Assembly (NCBI GenBank): GCA_016793355.1
Contig: JAEUMG010000084.1
Location: 24,376-88,375, forward strand
Source of the DNA: Hyphomicrobiales bacterium
GTDB taxonomy: Bacteria > Pseudomonadota > Alphaproteobacteria > Rhizobiales > Aestuariivirgaceae
Reading direction: 5' to 3'
Length of the DNA stretch: 64,000 bases
Part shown: positions 46,004 through 56,789 of the stretch, one piece after another
Layout of the letters: every line of letters begins with the position of its first letter
How positions within the stretch are numbered: the stretch's first letter is position 1
Made by a program: the position numbers and the translations under genes
The notes under the pieces: model-generated
What the model saw: only the letters and a program-made list of their open reading frames with translations
Databases searched by the model: none
What the model was told of the DNA's origin: nothing

Positions 46004-47521
46004 ACCGGGCTGTTCCAGCCACCGCCCCGCTTCCTGCCCCGGCCAGTAGTGCGCCGCGAAAGCCTCCCTTTGCGACTGTGACATGTGAAGGCCGCACTTG
46101 GTGCGCCTGAAGAGAATGTCATCCGCGGTCTCAGCCCATTCCGAACGACGCAGGTAATCGACCTCGGCCGCGTAGCAGTTACCCCCGAAGTGGCGACCCA
46201 AGTCGGAGATACTGCGAGCTCCGTCAAGCACTTGCGGACTGAGAGTGCCATAGAGCCGAGCGTAGTGGAGTGCCAGATCCTCAGGCAGCCAGCCATAGCT
46301 GCTGCGAAACTCATTGAAGAATGCACCAAAATCCGCTCCTGCCATATCGCCGCCGGGAAGCGGCGCGCCAGCCGTCCAGCCGGCGCCCATTTGCGGAAAG
46401 AATGGCGTAAGCTTCCGCAAGGCATGCTCGGCAAGCTTGCGATAGGTGGTTATCTTGCCGCCAAAAACCGACAGAAGGGGGGGATTTCCCTCCAAATCGA
46501 AGACGTAGTCGCGAGTCACGGCGGACGGATTGGCGGCGTTGTCATCGTAGAGCGGCCGGACACCAGCAAAGCTTGAGACAACATCGCTCCGCATCAGCGG
46601 TCTGCGAATATAGCGGTTGACGGCAGCGAGGAGATATTCGACCTCGCCCTCAACCACGGCCGCGTCCTCGGCTCTGCCATCATACGGGATGTCGGTTGTC
46701 CCGATCAATGCCATGTCGCCTTCGTAGGGATTGACGAAGATCACCCGCTTGTCGTGGTTCTGCAAGAGATAGGCCTGCGGGCCATTCCAGAATTTCTTCA
46801 CGATGATGTGGCTGCCCTTGATGAGCCGCACGCGCCGTGCCGAATTCGACCCGACAACGGTATTAACTACGGTCTCGACCCACGGGCCAGCCGCATTGAC
46901 GAGCGCTTTTGCCGTAGCCCTCATTCTTTCGCCCTTGCCGTCGCGAAACTCCACTTGCCACGATCCCTCCATCCGGCGCGCCGATGTCGCGGCGGTTCGA
47001 ACCATTACGCGAGCGCCGCGCTTCGCGGCATCCAGGGCATTCAGTACCACCAGCCGCGCATCATCGACCCAGCAATCGGAGTACTCGAAAGCAAGTCTCA
47101 ACTCATCTTTCAGCGGCTCGCCTTCGGGGGCATTGCGCAGATCGATACGACGGCATCCAGGGAGCTGCTTTCGACCGCCGAGATGGTCATAGAGAAAGAG
47201 GCCGAGACGGACGAGCCAGGCAGGCCGTTGCTCGGGGGAATGCGGCAGCACAAACCGCATCGGCCACACGATGTGGGGAGCCGCGCGCAACAAGACCTCG
47301 CGCTCAATAAGCGCCTCGCGGACCAAGCGGAACTCGTAATACTCAAGATAGCGCAGACCGCCGTGGATCAGCTTGCCCGAGCGCGACGACGTACCCTCGG
47401 CAAGATCGCCCTTCTCGCATAAGATCACGGACAGGCCGCGCCCTGCGGCATCCCGCGCGATGCCTACGCCGTTAATCCCGCCGCCGATAACGACAAGATC
47501 GACCTCGCCCAAGTCTTTCAT
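45998..47521 (-). CDS. FAD-dependent glycerol-3-phosphate dehydrogenase family protein (GlpD/EryB-like)
   Basis: Start at MKDLGEVDLVVIGGGINGVGIARDAAGRG; GlpD-type length and C-terminal domain. Confidence 0.9.
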   Translation of the reverse strand: MKDLGEVDLVVIGGGINGVGIARDAAGRGLSVILCEKGDLAEGTSSRSGKLIHGGLRYLEYYEFRLVREALIEREVLLRAAPHIVWPMRFVLPHSPEQRPAWLVRLGLFLYDHLGGRKQLPGCRRIDLRNAPEGEPLKDELRLAFEYSDCWVDDARLVVLNALDAAKRGARVMVRTAATSARRMEGSWQVEFRDGKGERMRATAKALVNAAGPWVETVVNTVVGSNSARRVRLIKGSHIIVKKFWNGPQAYLLQNHDKRVIFVNPYEGDMALIGTTDIPYDGRAEDAAVVEGEVEYLLAAVNRYIRRPLMRSDVVSSFAGVRPLYDDNAANPSAVTRDYVFDLEGNPPLLSVFGGKITTYRKLAEHALRKLTPFFPQMGAGWTAGAPLPGGDMAGADFGAFFNEFRSSYGWLPEDLALHYARLYGTLSPQVLDGARSISDLGRHFGGNCYAAEVDYLRRSEWAETADDILFRRTKCGLHMSQSQREAFAAHYWPGQEAGRWLEQPGL

Positions 47522-47531
47522 TGGCAGCCTG

Positions 47532-48575
47532 TCAGCACTTGTTGATCGGTGCCTCGCCGGCGAGATACCGGCGAACTTCGTCTGCCGCGAGACCCGCAGC
47601 ATGGCGCACGGTCTTGACGGAGGCCCCCGCTATGTGTGGCGTGAGAGTGACGTTCGGAAGCTTCAATAGCGGCCAGTCGGGCGGCACAGGTTCGACCGCA
47701 AATGTTTCCAGCATCGCACCGCGCAGGTGGCCGTCCCGCATCACGTCAAAGAGCGCGTCATAGTCCACAAGCGGACCACGCGCGGTGTTCACCAGCGTCG
47801 CGTCCTTTTTCATCTTGCGGAGGGTTTCGGCATTTATCATCCATGTAGTCTCCGGCGTCACACGCGGATGCAGCGAAATTACATCGGACTCAGCCAGCAA
47901 TCGTTCGAGCGAGCAGTGAATGACACCGTCATTCAAGTCGTCAGCCGAAAGCTGGACATAAGGATCGCAGACCAGAATGCGGCAACCAAACGCCTTGAGA
48001 TATTTCACGACGCGACGGCCGACTTCACCATAGCCTATCAGCCCCACCGTCATCTCGGAGAGTTCCCGACCCGCGATGTCGGCGCGGTAAAGATCGCCGC
48101 GATACTCTCCGCGGCGCAGCGCATCGTGACCGCGAGTGATGTTGCGCGTCTCAGCCAAAATGGCACCGATCGTGAACTCGGCGACGGCGCTGGCATTCCG
48201 GCCCGGCGTGTTCACGACAGTGATACCTCTTTCGCGGGCGGCACTCATGTCGACATTGACCGGACCACCGCGCGATACCGCCACGAACCTGAGTTTTGGC
48301 AGCCTGTCCATGATTCCGGCCGAGAGCGGCGCCAGATGGGTAACCAGAATTTCGGCATCTCCGGTCAAGTTTACTACGTCGTCCGCAGAGCCCATGTATT
48401 CCTTGAGTCCGTCCATACCCTCCACGGCATAGCCATGTTCCATCGGAATGTCGGGCCAGTTGAAGTCATGACGCGATATCGCAAGGTCATACAGCCGACA
48501 GCGATCGCGAATGGCCTCCTCGAAGACCGAAGAGAGCATGAACCTGTCCCCGATTATCGCGAGCTTACGAGGCAT
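47532..48575 (-). CDS. D-isomer-specific 2-hydroxyacid dehydrogenase family protein
   Basis: GLIGYGEVGRRV NAD motif, RGPLVD, TPHIAGAS; start at MPRKLAIIGD. Confidence 0.85.
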   Translation of the reverse strand: MPRKLAIIGDRFMLSSVFEEAIRDRCRLYDLAISRHDFNWPDIPMEHGYAVEGMDGLKEYMGSADDVVNLTGDAEILVTHLAPLSAGIMDRLPKLRFVAVSRGGPVNVDMSAARERGITVVNTPGRNASAVAEFTIGAILAETRNITRGHDALRRGEYRGDLYRADIAGRELSEMTVGLIGYGEVGRRVVKYLKAFGCRILVCDPYVQLSADDLNDGVIHCSLERLLAESDVISLHPRVTPETTWMINAETLRKMKKDATLVNTARGPLVDYDALFDVMRDGHLRGAMLETFAVEPVPPDWPLLKLPNVTLTPHIAGASVKTVRHAAGLAADEVRRYLAGEAPINKC

Positions 48576-50136
48576 TGACGGAATCCTCGCGCATTGCCGC
48601 CATCGACCTCCAAATCTGACGCATGGCCTTTCGCGCATCCTGGTAGTTTCGAAACGCCGCGTCATAGGTGGCGACGAGCTTGGGATCCGGCTCGGTCGCG
48701 CTTCCCAGCAGGGGATCGACCCAGTGCGCGACGCAATCCTGCATCGCGGGGAAGACCTTCTGTTGGACGGCCGCCATCATCGCCGCGCCGGCGGCGCCGG
48801 CTTCGTCCCGCATGACACTTCGAACCCTGGCATTCAGCGCGCTGGCCAGCATGGTTCGAAGTGCATGCGATCGCGCAGCTCCGCCTGTGACGCGCACTTC
48901 GGTTGGAATGTCGCCCATCGCGGAATAGCAATCGCGCGCCGCAAAGCACAAACCCTCGAACACACTACGCATCAGACGGTCGAAGCCGGTGGTTACGTCC
49001 AGCCCGGTGAACATCGCGCGCGCGGAAGGTTCGAGGAATGGGCCGCGCTCGCCGGCGAGCGAAATATAGGGGTGGTAAAGCACGCTTGCCGGGGGAATGG
49101 CGAGGATACGATCATCGAGACCTTTCAGGAGATCGCCGCGGCTTCTTTCCACGCCTTCCCGTTTCAGGATGTCGCGCGCCATGTCGAGCAGCCAGTCGAT
49201 ATTGAGCGTCGAAGCCATGTTCGACTGCATCTGCGCATACATGCCAGGCACGGGGAAAGCCATGGTGTAGCCCGACATTTCGCTGTTCAGGCGCACGGCT
49301 TCAGCGTTCGGCGCCACGCGCATGTGCATCCCCGTTGATCCGACGATCGTGCAGCCCGTCTTGCCTTCCGGATCGAAGAGACCACCGCCGAGCCCGGTGC
49401 AGACCACATCCACATAGCCGAGCGAAACAGGTGTACCCGCCTTGAGGCCCGACATGGACGCCGCCTCCTTACTGAGGCCCGCCGCCTCTATGGTGCCATC
49501 CACAATCGGGGGGAGGAGGCGCCTGGCGTCGCCTGCGCCCAATTCATCAAGAATATGCGGGGCGTAGTTGCGCGTTCGATACTCGCCGAAGGTGAAGTTG
49601 GCTTCCGAAGGATCAGTCGCTTTTGTTCCGGTAAGCTTGAAGTAAAGCCAGTCCTTGCAGTGGAACGAAGTACCGGCGCGGTCGAGGACTTCCGGCCGAT
49701 ACCGCTTCATCCATGCCAACTGCGTGCTCATCTGGCATGAATTCACGCCGGTGCCTGTGCGCCGGTAATGTTCCGCATGGGCGGGAGACTCGGCAAACTT
49801 CTGCGCGATCGCAGCGGAGCGTGCGTCGAGCCACAGCCAGGCGGGCGCTACCGGCTCCCCCGCCTTGTCGATCAGCCACATGCCGTCGCCCTGCCCAGTT
49901 ACCGACAACGCGAGAACACGGCTGGCAAGGCCCGGTACCTTCTGGCCGAGCAGGCGCAGTGTTTCGGCGGCATCGACCCAAGTCTTCTCCATATCCTGCT
50001 CGGCGCCACCATCGGGAAGCGAGACATAGGCGTTCGGCAGGGCGGCCGATGCGATCTGCCTGCCATCGAGAGTGAAGGCGACGGACTTGACGACGGACGT
50101 TCCGGAATCGAGGCCGACTATGAGCGGTCCGCTCAT
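48565..50136 (-). CDS. FGGY family carbohydrate kinase (EryA/xylulokinase-like, not canonical GlpK)
   Basis: 523 aa; GLDSGTSVVKSV phosphate-1 motif; FGGY C-terminal domain. Confidence 0.85.
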   Translation of the reverse strand: MSGPLIVGLDSGTSVVKSVAFTLDGRQIASAALPNAYVSLPDGGAEQDMEKTWVDAAETLRLLGQKVPGLASRVLALSVTGQGDGMWLIDKAGEPVAPAWLWLDARSAAIAQKFAESPAHAEHYRRTGTGVNSCQMSTQLAWMKRYRPEVLDRAGTSFHCKDWLYFKLTGTKATDPSEANFTFGEYRTRNYAPHILDELGAGDARRLLPPIVDGTIEAAGLSKEAASMSGLKAGTPVSLGYVDVVCTGLGGGLFDPEGKTGCTIVGSTGMHMRVAPNAEAVRLNSEMSGYTMAFPVPGMYAQMQSNMASTLNIDWLLDMARDILKREGVERSRGDLLKGLDDRILAIPPASVLYHPYISLAGERGPFLEPSARAMFTGLDVTTGFDRLMRSVFEGLCFAARDCYSAMGDIPTEVRVTGGAARSHALRTMLASALNARVRSVMRDEAGAAGAAMMAAVQQKVFPAMQDCVAHWVDPLLGSATEPDPKLVATYDAAFRNYQDARKAMRQIWRSMAAMREDSVNAS

Positions 50137-51251
50137 GCGGGCGACCCTCCATGCGCAACCGCGCGGCCGGTCTCCGCATCGAATATATGGAGATCCGCCG
50201 CGAGGGCGCTCAGGCCGATCTCATTTCCCGGCTGTTTGTCGACACGCGCGTGAGAGACAGAGACTACGGTGCGACCGCCAATATCGACCGCAACATGCGT
50301 CTGGTCTCCCAACCATTGACAGGAGATCACCTTTCCGCGGAGTGCGCCATTTCCAATGTGAAATGCATGGGGCCGTATGCCGAGCGCCACCTCCCTGCGG
50401 CCGGCAATAAGCCGCTGCACATCAGGCGAAAAGTCCGACACCGGATAGGCGAGTGACACACCGCCTTCGATATCGAACCTGATCTCGCGCGCAGCAGCCG
50501 TGATCTTGGCGTCGAATATATTCATCGGCGGCTCGCCGATGAATGCCCCGGTAAACAGGTTCGCCGGCCGCGCCTTGAGTTCGGCCGGGGTTGCATATTG
50601 CTGCAATACACCACCTTCCATGACGGCAATCCGGTCGGCGAGCGCGTTTGCCTCCGTCTGATCATGGGTAACAAGGATGGTGGTACAGTTGTTTTCTCGC
50701 AGGAAGTGCTTGATCCGACCGCGCAAGACGGCCCTAAGCTGCGGTTCAAGCTGGCCCATCGGCTCATCGAGGAGATATAGACTAGCTTTACGCACAAGTG
50801 CCCGGCCGAGACTCGCGCGCTGCTGTTGGCCGCCGGAGACGGAACTCGGATATCGGTTCAGGATGCCCGCGATTTCCAGCATCTCGGCGATGTTCTTTAC
50901 AAGAATCTGCTGCTGCGCTGCGGGCAGCCTGGCTGCCTTCAGTGCAAAGGCAATGTTCTCGCCGATCGTAAGCGGCGGATAGAGCGAATAAGCTTCGAAT
51001 GCCATGGCGACGCCACGCTGCGATGGCGACAGCGTGTGAATTACGCGCCCGTCGAGCGAGATCGAACCGCTTGTGACCTCCTCGAATCCTGCGATCATCC
51101 GCAAAGTCGATGTTTTGCCGCAGCCGGAGGAACCCAGCAGCGCTACGATCTCGCCCGGCTTGACGGTCAGGTCGAATGACTTGACCGCATGAACACTTGT
51201 CCTTTTCGATCGATAGACCTTGTCCAACTTGCTGAGAACGAGTTCACCCAT
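50133..51251 (-). CDS. CUT1 ABC transporter ATP-binding protein
   Basis: Walker A GSSGCGKTS, VSGGQQQR signature, TOBE-like C-terminus. Confidence 0.9.
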   Translation of the reverse strand: MGELVLSKLDKVYRSKRTSVHAVKSFDLTVKPGEIVALLGSSGCGKTSTLRMIAGFEEVTSGSISLDGRVIHTLSPSQRGVAMAFEAYSLYPPLTIGENIAFALKAARLPAAQQQILVKNIAEMLEIAGILNRYPSSVSGGQQQRASLGRALVRKASLYLLDEPMGQLEPQLRAVLRGRIKHFLRENNCTTILVTHDQTEANALADRIAVMEGGVLQQYATPAELKARPANLFTGAFIGEPPMNIFDAKITAAAREIRFDIEGGVSLAYPVSDFSPDVQRLIAGRREVALGIRPHAFHIGNGALRGKVISCQWLGDQTHVAVDIGGRTVVSVSHARVDKQPGNEIGLSALAADLHIFDAETGRAVAHGGSPA

Positions 51252-52317
51252 GGAGCCGTTCTCCCGTCGTCGGGTCGAACAGATGCACGCCCTCGGCGGC
51301 GAACGTCACGGATAGTCTCGTGTTCGGCTCGGGAATGTCGGCGGCTGCCGATGGCAGCGAGGCAAGAAACTCCCAGCCGCCATCCGATTCGAGAAGCAGC
51401 ACGACGCGCTCATTGAGCGGCGTGACCGCCATCACCGTTGCCGGCAGCCCGACCTGGCTCTGCGTCAGCGCTACTGCCTCCGGCCTGACGCCAAGGATGA
51501 CCTCGCGCCCGCCGAGCTTCGCTGCCTTGTCGATCCGTATGTCCTTGCCGCGGATGGCCACCCACATGCCGTCGGCTGAGAGTCTCGTCTCGAGCGTGTT
51601 GATCGAGGGATCTCCGAAGAGCTTCGCCACGCCGAGCGTCGAGGGTGCCATGTAAATCTCTTCGGGCGTTCCCACCTGCACGAAGCGTCCCCCGGCCAGC
51701 ACCGCTATCCGGTCGGCTAGAGCCATCGCCTCCTTATAGTCCTGGGTCACGTAGAGGACCGTCGCTCCGGACTGGCGCAGAAGGCGAGGCAATTCCAGAC
51801 GCATCTCGAAGCGCAGTTTGGCGTCGACATTGCGCAACGGATCATCGAGGAGAAGTATGCGCGGCTCGGCTGCCAGGGCGCGCGCAAGCGCTGTACGCTG
51901 CTTCTGACCGTTTGACAGTTCACGCGGCGCGTGTCCAAGCACATGGTCGATCTTGAGCAGCTTTGCTACTCGCGAAACACCGGATTCGACCGTCGCCTCG
52001 TCGGCGTGAGCGGCCCGCAGCGGGCTTGCGATATTCTCGCGCGCCGACATATGCGGAAAGAGCGCAAAATTCTGGAACGCCATGCCGACATTGCGCTGCT
52101 CCGGCGGAATCTCGGTCACGTCACGGCCCCCGATCTCGATCGTTCCCGTCGTCGGCTCTTCGACGCCGGCAATCAGGCGGAGCAGGAAGGTCTTACCGGT
52201 GCCCGAGCTGCCGAAAATGACGACGATCTCGCCTGCCTCGGCCGCAAGGGACAAGCCGTCGAAGACCTTGAACGAACCAAAAGCCTTTGAGAGGTTGCTG
52301 AATGCGAGCTGGCTCAT
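51244..52317 (-). CDS. CUT1 ABC transporter ATP-binding protein (second NBD gene)
   Basis: Walker A GSSGTGKTF, LSNGQKQR signature. Confidence 0.9.
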   Translation of the reverse strand: MSQLAFSNLSKAFGSFKVFDGLSLAAEAGEIVVIFGSSGTGKTFLLRLIAGVEEPTTGTIEIGGRDVTEIPPEQRNVGMAFQNFALFPHMSARENIASPLRAAHADEATVESGVSRVAKLLKIDHVLGHAPRELSNGQKQRTALARALAAEPRILLLDDPLRNVDAKLRFEMRLELPRLLRQSGATVLYVTQDYKEAMALADRIAVLAGGRFVQVGTPEEIYMAPSTLGVAKLFGDPSINTLETRLSADGMWVAIRGKDIRIDKAAKLGGREVILGVRPEAVALTQSQVGLPATVMAVTPLNERVVLLLESDGGWEFLASLPSAAADIPEPNTRLSVTFAAEGVHLFDPTTGERLHG

Positions 52318-53171
52318 CCTTTCACCGCTCCGAGCGACAAGCCCTCGACGAGGTAACGCTGCGCAAACATGGCAAGGACAAAAGTCGGGATCACCGACAT
52401 CACGATCGCGGCGGCAATCTGCCCGTATTGGATGCCGGAGGCAGTGACGAAAGCGAGGGCGCCAACGGTCACCGGCTGCTTGTCGGCGGACGCCAGGACA
52501 AGCGCAAATACAAAGTTGTTCCAGGAGAAGATAAAGGCAAGAAGTCCGGCCGCGGCGATCCCGGGCAGGGCCAGGGGAACGGCAATCTTGCGGAATGTCT
52601 GGAACCAGCTGTAGCCGGCGATACGGTGAGCATGCTCGATGTCGGGGCTTAAATCCTCAAAATAGCCTCGCACGATCCACAAGATCAGCGGCAGGCAGAT
52701 CAACTGATAAACCCAGATGAGTCCGATATAGGTGTTGGTAAGACCGAGCGACTTGAAATAAAGGCTCAGAGGAAGCAATACGAGCAGCGGCGGTGCAAAG
52801 CGGAAGGACAACAGCGTGAACGCGATGTCTTCGCCCAATCTGAATTTGAAGCGGGCGAAGGCGTAGGCCGCCGGTACGCCCAGCACGAGAGCCACCGCAA
52901 CAGACGTCGTAGATAGAAGCACCGAGTTCCACAAATTCTGCATGAAATTGAGCTGCAGGCTGCCCGCCGCCGTTCGCATCTCGCCAGTCACGAGCGCGAT
53001 GTAGTTGTCGAAAGTCGGCGTGAAGAAGACAGACGGCGGCATGCGAAGGATCGACTCATTTGTCTGGAACGACATAAGCAGGATCCAGAAGATCGGGAAC
53101 ATGAAGAACAGGACGACGAGGGCCAGGAGGATGCCGCGCAAGATCCGTTCGAACGTCGATGTGTGATCCAT
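52314..53171 (-). CDS. CUT1 sugar ABC permease
   Basis: 285-aa polytopic membrane protein; overlaps its neighbours. Confidence 0.85.
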   Translation of the reverse strand: MDHTSTFERILRGILLALVVLFFMFPIFWILLMSFQTNESILRMPPSVFFTPTFDNYIALVTGEMRTAAGSLQLNFMQNLWNSVLLSTTSVAVALVLGVPAAYAFARFKFRLGEDIAFTLLSFRFAPPLLVLLPLSLYFKSLGLTNTYIGLIWVYQLICLPLILWIVRGYFEDLSPDIEHAHRIAGYSWFQTFRKIAVPLALPGIAAAGLLAFIFSWNNFVFALVLASADKQPVTVGALAFVTASGIQYGQIAAAIVMSVIPTFVLAMFAQRYLVEGLSLGAVKG

Positions 53172-54112
53172 CAGGCGGCTCCGTGGGCTCTCTCACGCAA
53201 CTTCAGCCACTGCTTGATAAAGATGTTGGACAGGAAATAGGTGATCGCCCAGAGAATGATCATCAGTGCCGCTGAACGGCCCACATTCGTTGCCTGGAAG
53301 AAGTCGAGATAGGCCTGCACCTGAAAGACCAACAATTTATCGCCCGGGCCGCCTTGCGTCATTGCGTAGATGATGTCGAACTGCTGGATTGAGTCGAGCA
53401 ATCGGAAGAGCGTCGCCGTCAGAAGATAGGGCATCAGCATTGGTAAAGTGATACGGAAGAAGACGAATGATCGGGGTACTCCATCGAGCGCGGCGGCTTC
53501 GAAGGGTGCCGTCGGCAGGGAGCGCAAGCCCGCCAGCAGCAGGATCATCATGAACGGCGTATACACCCACATGTCGACCAGCACGACCGTGAACAGCGCG
53601 GTCGACGGGTCCGAGCCCCACTTCATGTCCGGAAAGCCGATGAGCGACACCAGATAGCTGAGGATTCCGAAATTCGGATTGGTCATCAGCTTCCACATCA
53701 GCGCGGCCAGGGCCGGCGCCGTCATCAGCGGGAGAAGGAGCAGGATCGAGACGAAATTGTTCACCCGTGAGCGCTTTTGAAGAAGCAGCGCAATGACAAG
53801 ACCCAGGATGAGCTCGAGAACGACAGTCAATCCCGCATAGATCAGCGAGATCTTTAGCGTGTTCCAGAATTTCGGATCGGTGAAGAAGTTGATGTAGTTG
53901 TCGAACCAGATGAAGCCCTTCATGGCGGGCAGGTTCAACCGATAGCGCAGCATCGAATAGTAGACTGCCGTGAAGAACGGGATGAGAATCCCGATGCACA
54001 TGAGCAGGGCCGGCAAGCTCAACAGATAGGGAAGGGCCTTCCGCATGAAGCGGCCCTGTTTTGCGGGCGCATGCGCCTGAGCGGTTCCAGCAGTCATGGA
54101 GCCACTTTTCAC
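53171..54112 (-). CDS. CUT1 sugar ABC permease
   Basis: Polytopic membrane protein with EAA loop (FEAAALDGVP); start uncertain (54112 or 54046). Confidence 0.85.
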   Translation of the reverse strand: MKSGSMTAGTAQAHAPAKQGRFMRKALPYLLSLPALLMCIGILIPFFTAVYYSMLRYRLNLPAMKGFIWFDNYINFFTDPKFWNTLKISLIYAGLTVVLELILGLVIALLLQKRSRVNNFVSILLLLPLMTAPALAALMWKLMTNPNFGILSYLVSLIGFPDMKWGSDPSTALFTVVLVDMWVYTPFMMILLLAGLRSLPTAPFEAAALDGVPRSFVFFRITLPMLMPYLLTATLFRLLDSIQQFDIIYAMTQGGPGDKLLVFQVQAYLDFFQATNVGRSAALMIILWAITYFLSNIFIKQWLKLRERAHGAA

Positions 54113-54186
54113 CTTCGGTGTTTCGAGTTCAACTGTAAGCTGCGGGGCCTCCGGAGGAGGAGAGGCCCCGCCCCTACCCTGCGGGC

Positions 54187-55626
54187 TTATCCGAGGCCGG
54201 CCTCAACGAGCTTCTGGTCCATCTCGGTTGCCATCTTGTCCAGTCCCTCGTCGACCGGGATTTCCTTGGCCACCATCTTCTGCAGGTTTTCCGCCCACAA
54301 TGTTGTGAGGTCGAAGAACAGCGGCTGGGCGGTGAAGTAGATCTTCGCGCCGGGAGCCGACACCTCGTACTGGTTGAGATAGCCCGGATAGGACTTGTCG
54401 ATGCGAGCGCGGAACTCGTCGTCGTTCCACACCGAGGCGCGGACCGGGTTGACGAAATCCATCTTGCGGGCGCCGAACAGATCGTGTTCGACCGATGAGG
54501 CCCACTGCATGAAATACCAGGCGGCGTCCTTCTGGGCGCCGGCGTTGTTCATGGCAAGCGACCAGATCCAGACGTTCGGCGTCGGCGCGGCGGCGGCCGG
54601 GTTTGCCGCAAACGGCGCATAGCCAAGATTGCCCTTCTCCTTGTTGTCGCCGCCATTCATAAAGTAGCCGAGAATATCGGCGTCGAAGATCATGGCGGAG
54701 GCGCCGGCGCCGAGATCGGTCCCGACCTGATACCAGGTGTAGTTAGCCCAGTCCTTCGGACCCGATTCCTGGATCATCTTCACCCAATCGCGATGGAAAG
54801 CTTTCGAGCCAGCGGTGTTCATGGCCGCCTTGAGCTTGCCATCGTTGACGGTGAAGTCACGCTCGCCGAAATTGGCATAGCCCGACAGGAAGCCCGGATG
54901 GATGGTCGCCCAGGAGCGCGAGCCGCGCACGCCGACACCATAGGGCCCGCCCAAGTCCTTGGTGAGCTTCGCCGAGACCTCAAGAAGTTCGGCAAGGTTC
55001 TTCGGCGGCTGCACGCCAACCTTGTCGAACATCGGCTTGTTGTAGGAGAGATTGTTGAGTTCAAAGCCCCATGGGATGCACCACTGCTTGGCATCGGCCG
55101 ATCCAAGCTCGCCGCCCGGAACGCCGTTCCACGAGGTCGAAGCTCGAAGCCCCGGAAGCACGTCGTCCCAGTTATAGTTGGGATTCGTTTTCGCCGGGTC
55201 CTTGATGTACTCATTGAGATCGGTGATCCAGCCGGCCGGGCCATAGGTCCAGGTCATATAGGCGCCAGTCATGAAGGCATCATACTCGGACGATCCCGAT
55301 GACAGAGCCGCGGTCACCTTGTCGAAGTAGACATCCTCCGGGAAGATATCCCAGGAGGCATCCATGCCGGTCAGTGTTTTGAAGGCTTCGATGTTGGCGA
55401 TCATCGCATCCGCATAGGGATGCTTGTTCAGCAGAAGCTTGACCTTCGAGCCCTTGTACTTCATCCAGTCGAAATCCGAAGCCATGGCATTGGTCTGCGC
55501 CTGGGTGAGGAGGATGCCTGCGGCTCCCGCCGAAAGGCCAAGTTTTCCTGTCGTCCTGAGCAACTCGCGGCGGCTCAGTTTATTTTTCACGAATGCTTCA
55601 AACAGGCCCTTTTCCTTGTCGTACAT
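54187..55626 (-). CDS. extracellular solute-binding protein with Tat-type signal
   Basis: 479 aa; SRRELLRTTGKLGLSAGAAG...AMA twin-arginine-like leader. Confidence 0.85.
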   Translation of the reverse strand: MYDKEKGLFEAFVKNKLSRRELLRTTGKLGLSAGAAGILLTQAQTNAMASDFDWMKYKGSKVKLLLNKHPYADAMIANIEAFKTLTGMDASWDIFPEDVYFDKVTAALSSGSSEYDAFMTGAYMTWTYGPAGWITDLNEYIKDPAKTNPNYNWDDVLPGLRASTSWNGVPGGELGSADAKQWCIPWGFELNNLSYNKPMFDKVGVQPPKNLAELLEVSAKLTKDLGGPYGVGVRGSRSWATIHPGFLSGYANFGERDFTVNDGKLKAAMNTAGSKAFHRDWVKMIQESGPKDWANYTWYQVGTDLGAGASAMIFDADILGYFMNGGDNKEKGNLGYAPFAANPAAAAPTPNVWIWSLAMNNAGAQKDAAWYFMQWASSVEHDLFGARKMDFVNPVRASVWNDDEFRARIDKSYPGYLNQYEVSAPGAKIYFTAQPLFFDLTTLWAENLQKMVAKEIPVDEGLDKMATEMDQKLVEAGLG

Positions 55627-55668
55627 GTCCCATTTCTCCGTTTACATCTGTGGTTACAAACGTCGTGA

Positions 55669-56721
55669 CTAGCCCGGTGCGGATCTTCCGTTCTTCTTCC
55701 CGGGCTCACGTCCCGGTTTGAAATTGACGAGGCGCCGAGCGGTTGCCTCGTCGGTTATCAGGCCGAAAAGCAGTCCGCTCGAGAGAATTGCGCGGATGGC
55801 CCGAGTCTTGGCCGTGCCGCCCGCCACGGCGACAATACGGTGCGATTCCAGATCTACGATGCGCGGCGCTAGGGCGCGATCCGAGAGGTTGTTTGGCAAA
55901 TACGTGCCGTCATCAGCGAAGAACTGCCCGAGTATCTCGGCAACGGCTCCGGTCTTGACTACCGCATCGACATCCGCATCATCGACCATTCCGGCGGACG
56001 CGATGAAGCTCTTGCGATCGACTTCGCCGATGCCGGCAATGTAGATTTGCGCCTTGCGCGCCATGGCAATGACGTCCGAGACGCCGAACTGCGCCTCTAG
56101 AACCGCCCGGTCCTTGGCGCTGTTCGCAAAAAACGGGACGGGCATCACGTATGACTCCGCTCCGGTGCGTTCTGCAAGCCGGTGAATCACATCAAAGGGG
56201 CTTGCCGCGAAACGGCGCGTCAAGCCGCCAAGCAACGAGACGAAGCGTGTCCTGCCGGCGTCGACACTCGCCATAAGGTCTACGGCAGCCGCCAGCGTGC
56301 GCCCATGCCCGATTCCTATCAAATCGTAGCGCTCGCTCTCGATCAGATTGCGAAGATAACGCGCACCAGCCGTACCCAGCGTGCGAAGGGGCAAAGGAAC
56401 ATCATCGATATTGGGAACGACTTCGCAGTGCCGCAGTCCGTAAGCGTCACGCAGCCGCTCCTCAAGTTCAATGCATCCGGCGATCGGGCCTTCGACGAAG
56501 ACTCGGATCAGGCCCTCATTGCGCGCCCGCGCAATGAGCCTGTGCGCCTTGGTGCTTTGCACGCCAAGAAGCTCAGCAACCTCGCCCTGCGTCTTACCGC
56601 CGGCAAAATGCAGCCACGCGGCGCGCGCGGCGATCGCGGCTTCCTCGTCCAATTGCATAGCGGGCGGGTGCAATTTCAACGCCTTCCCATTTCCTTCTGC
56701 ATTTTTTTTCTTGTCATGCAA
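55669..56721 (-). CDS. SorC/EryD-like sugar-binding transcriptional regulator
   Basis: N-terminal HTH (TQGEVAELLGVQSTKAHRLIARARNEGLIRV) plus sugar-phosphate-binding domain; start uncertain. Confidence 0.8.
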   Translation of the reverse strand: MHDKKKNAEGNGKALKLHPPAMQLDEEAAIAARAAWLHFAGGKTQGEVAELLGVQSTKAHRLIARARNEGLIRVFVEGPIAGCIELEERLRDAYGLRHCEVVPNIDDVPLPLRTLGTAGARYLRNLIESERYDLIGIGHGRTLAAAVDLMASVDAGRTRFVSLLGGLTRRFAASPFDVIHRLAERTGAESYVMPVPFFANSAKDRAVLEAQFGVSDVIAMARKAQIYIAGIGEVDRKSFIASAGMVDDADVDAVVKTGAVAEILGQFFADDGTYLPNNLSDRALAPRIVDLESHRIVAVAGGTAKTRAIRAILSSGLLFGLITDEATARRLVNFKPGREPGKKNGRSAPG

Positions 56722-56789
56722 TATTTTTCAAATTAGCGTTTAGGTCAACAAGAATCGATGCTGCACTGCAAAGCAGGCGATCAGACGCA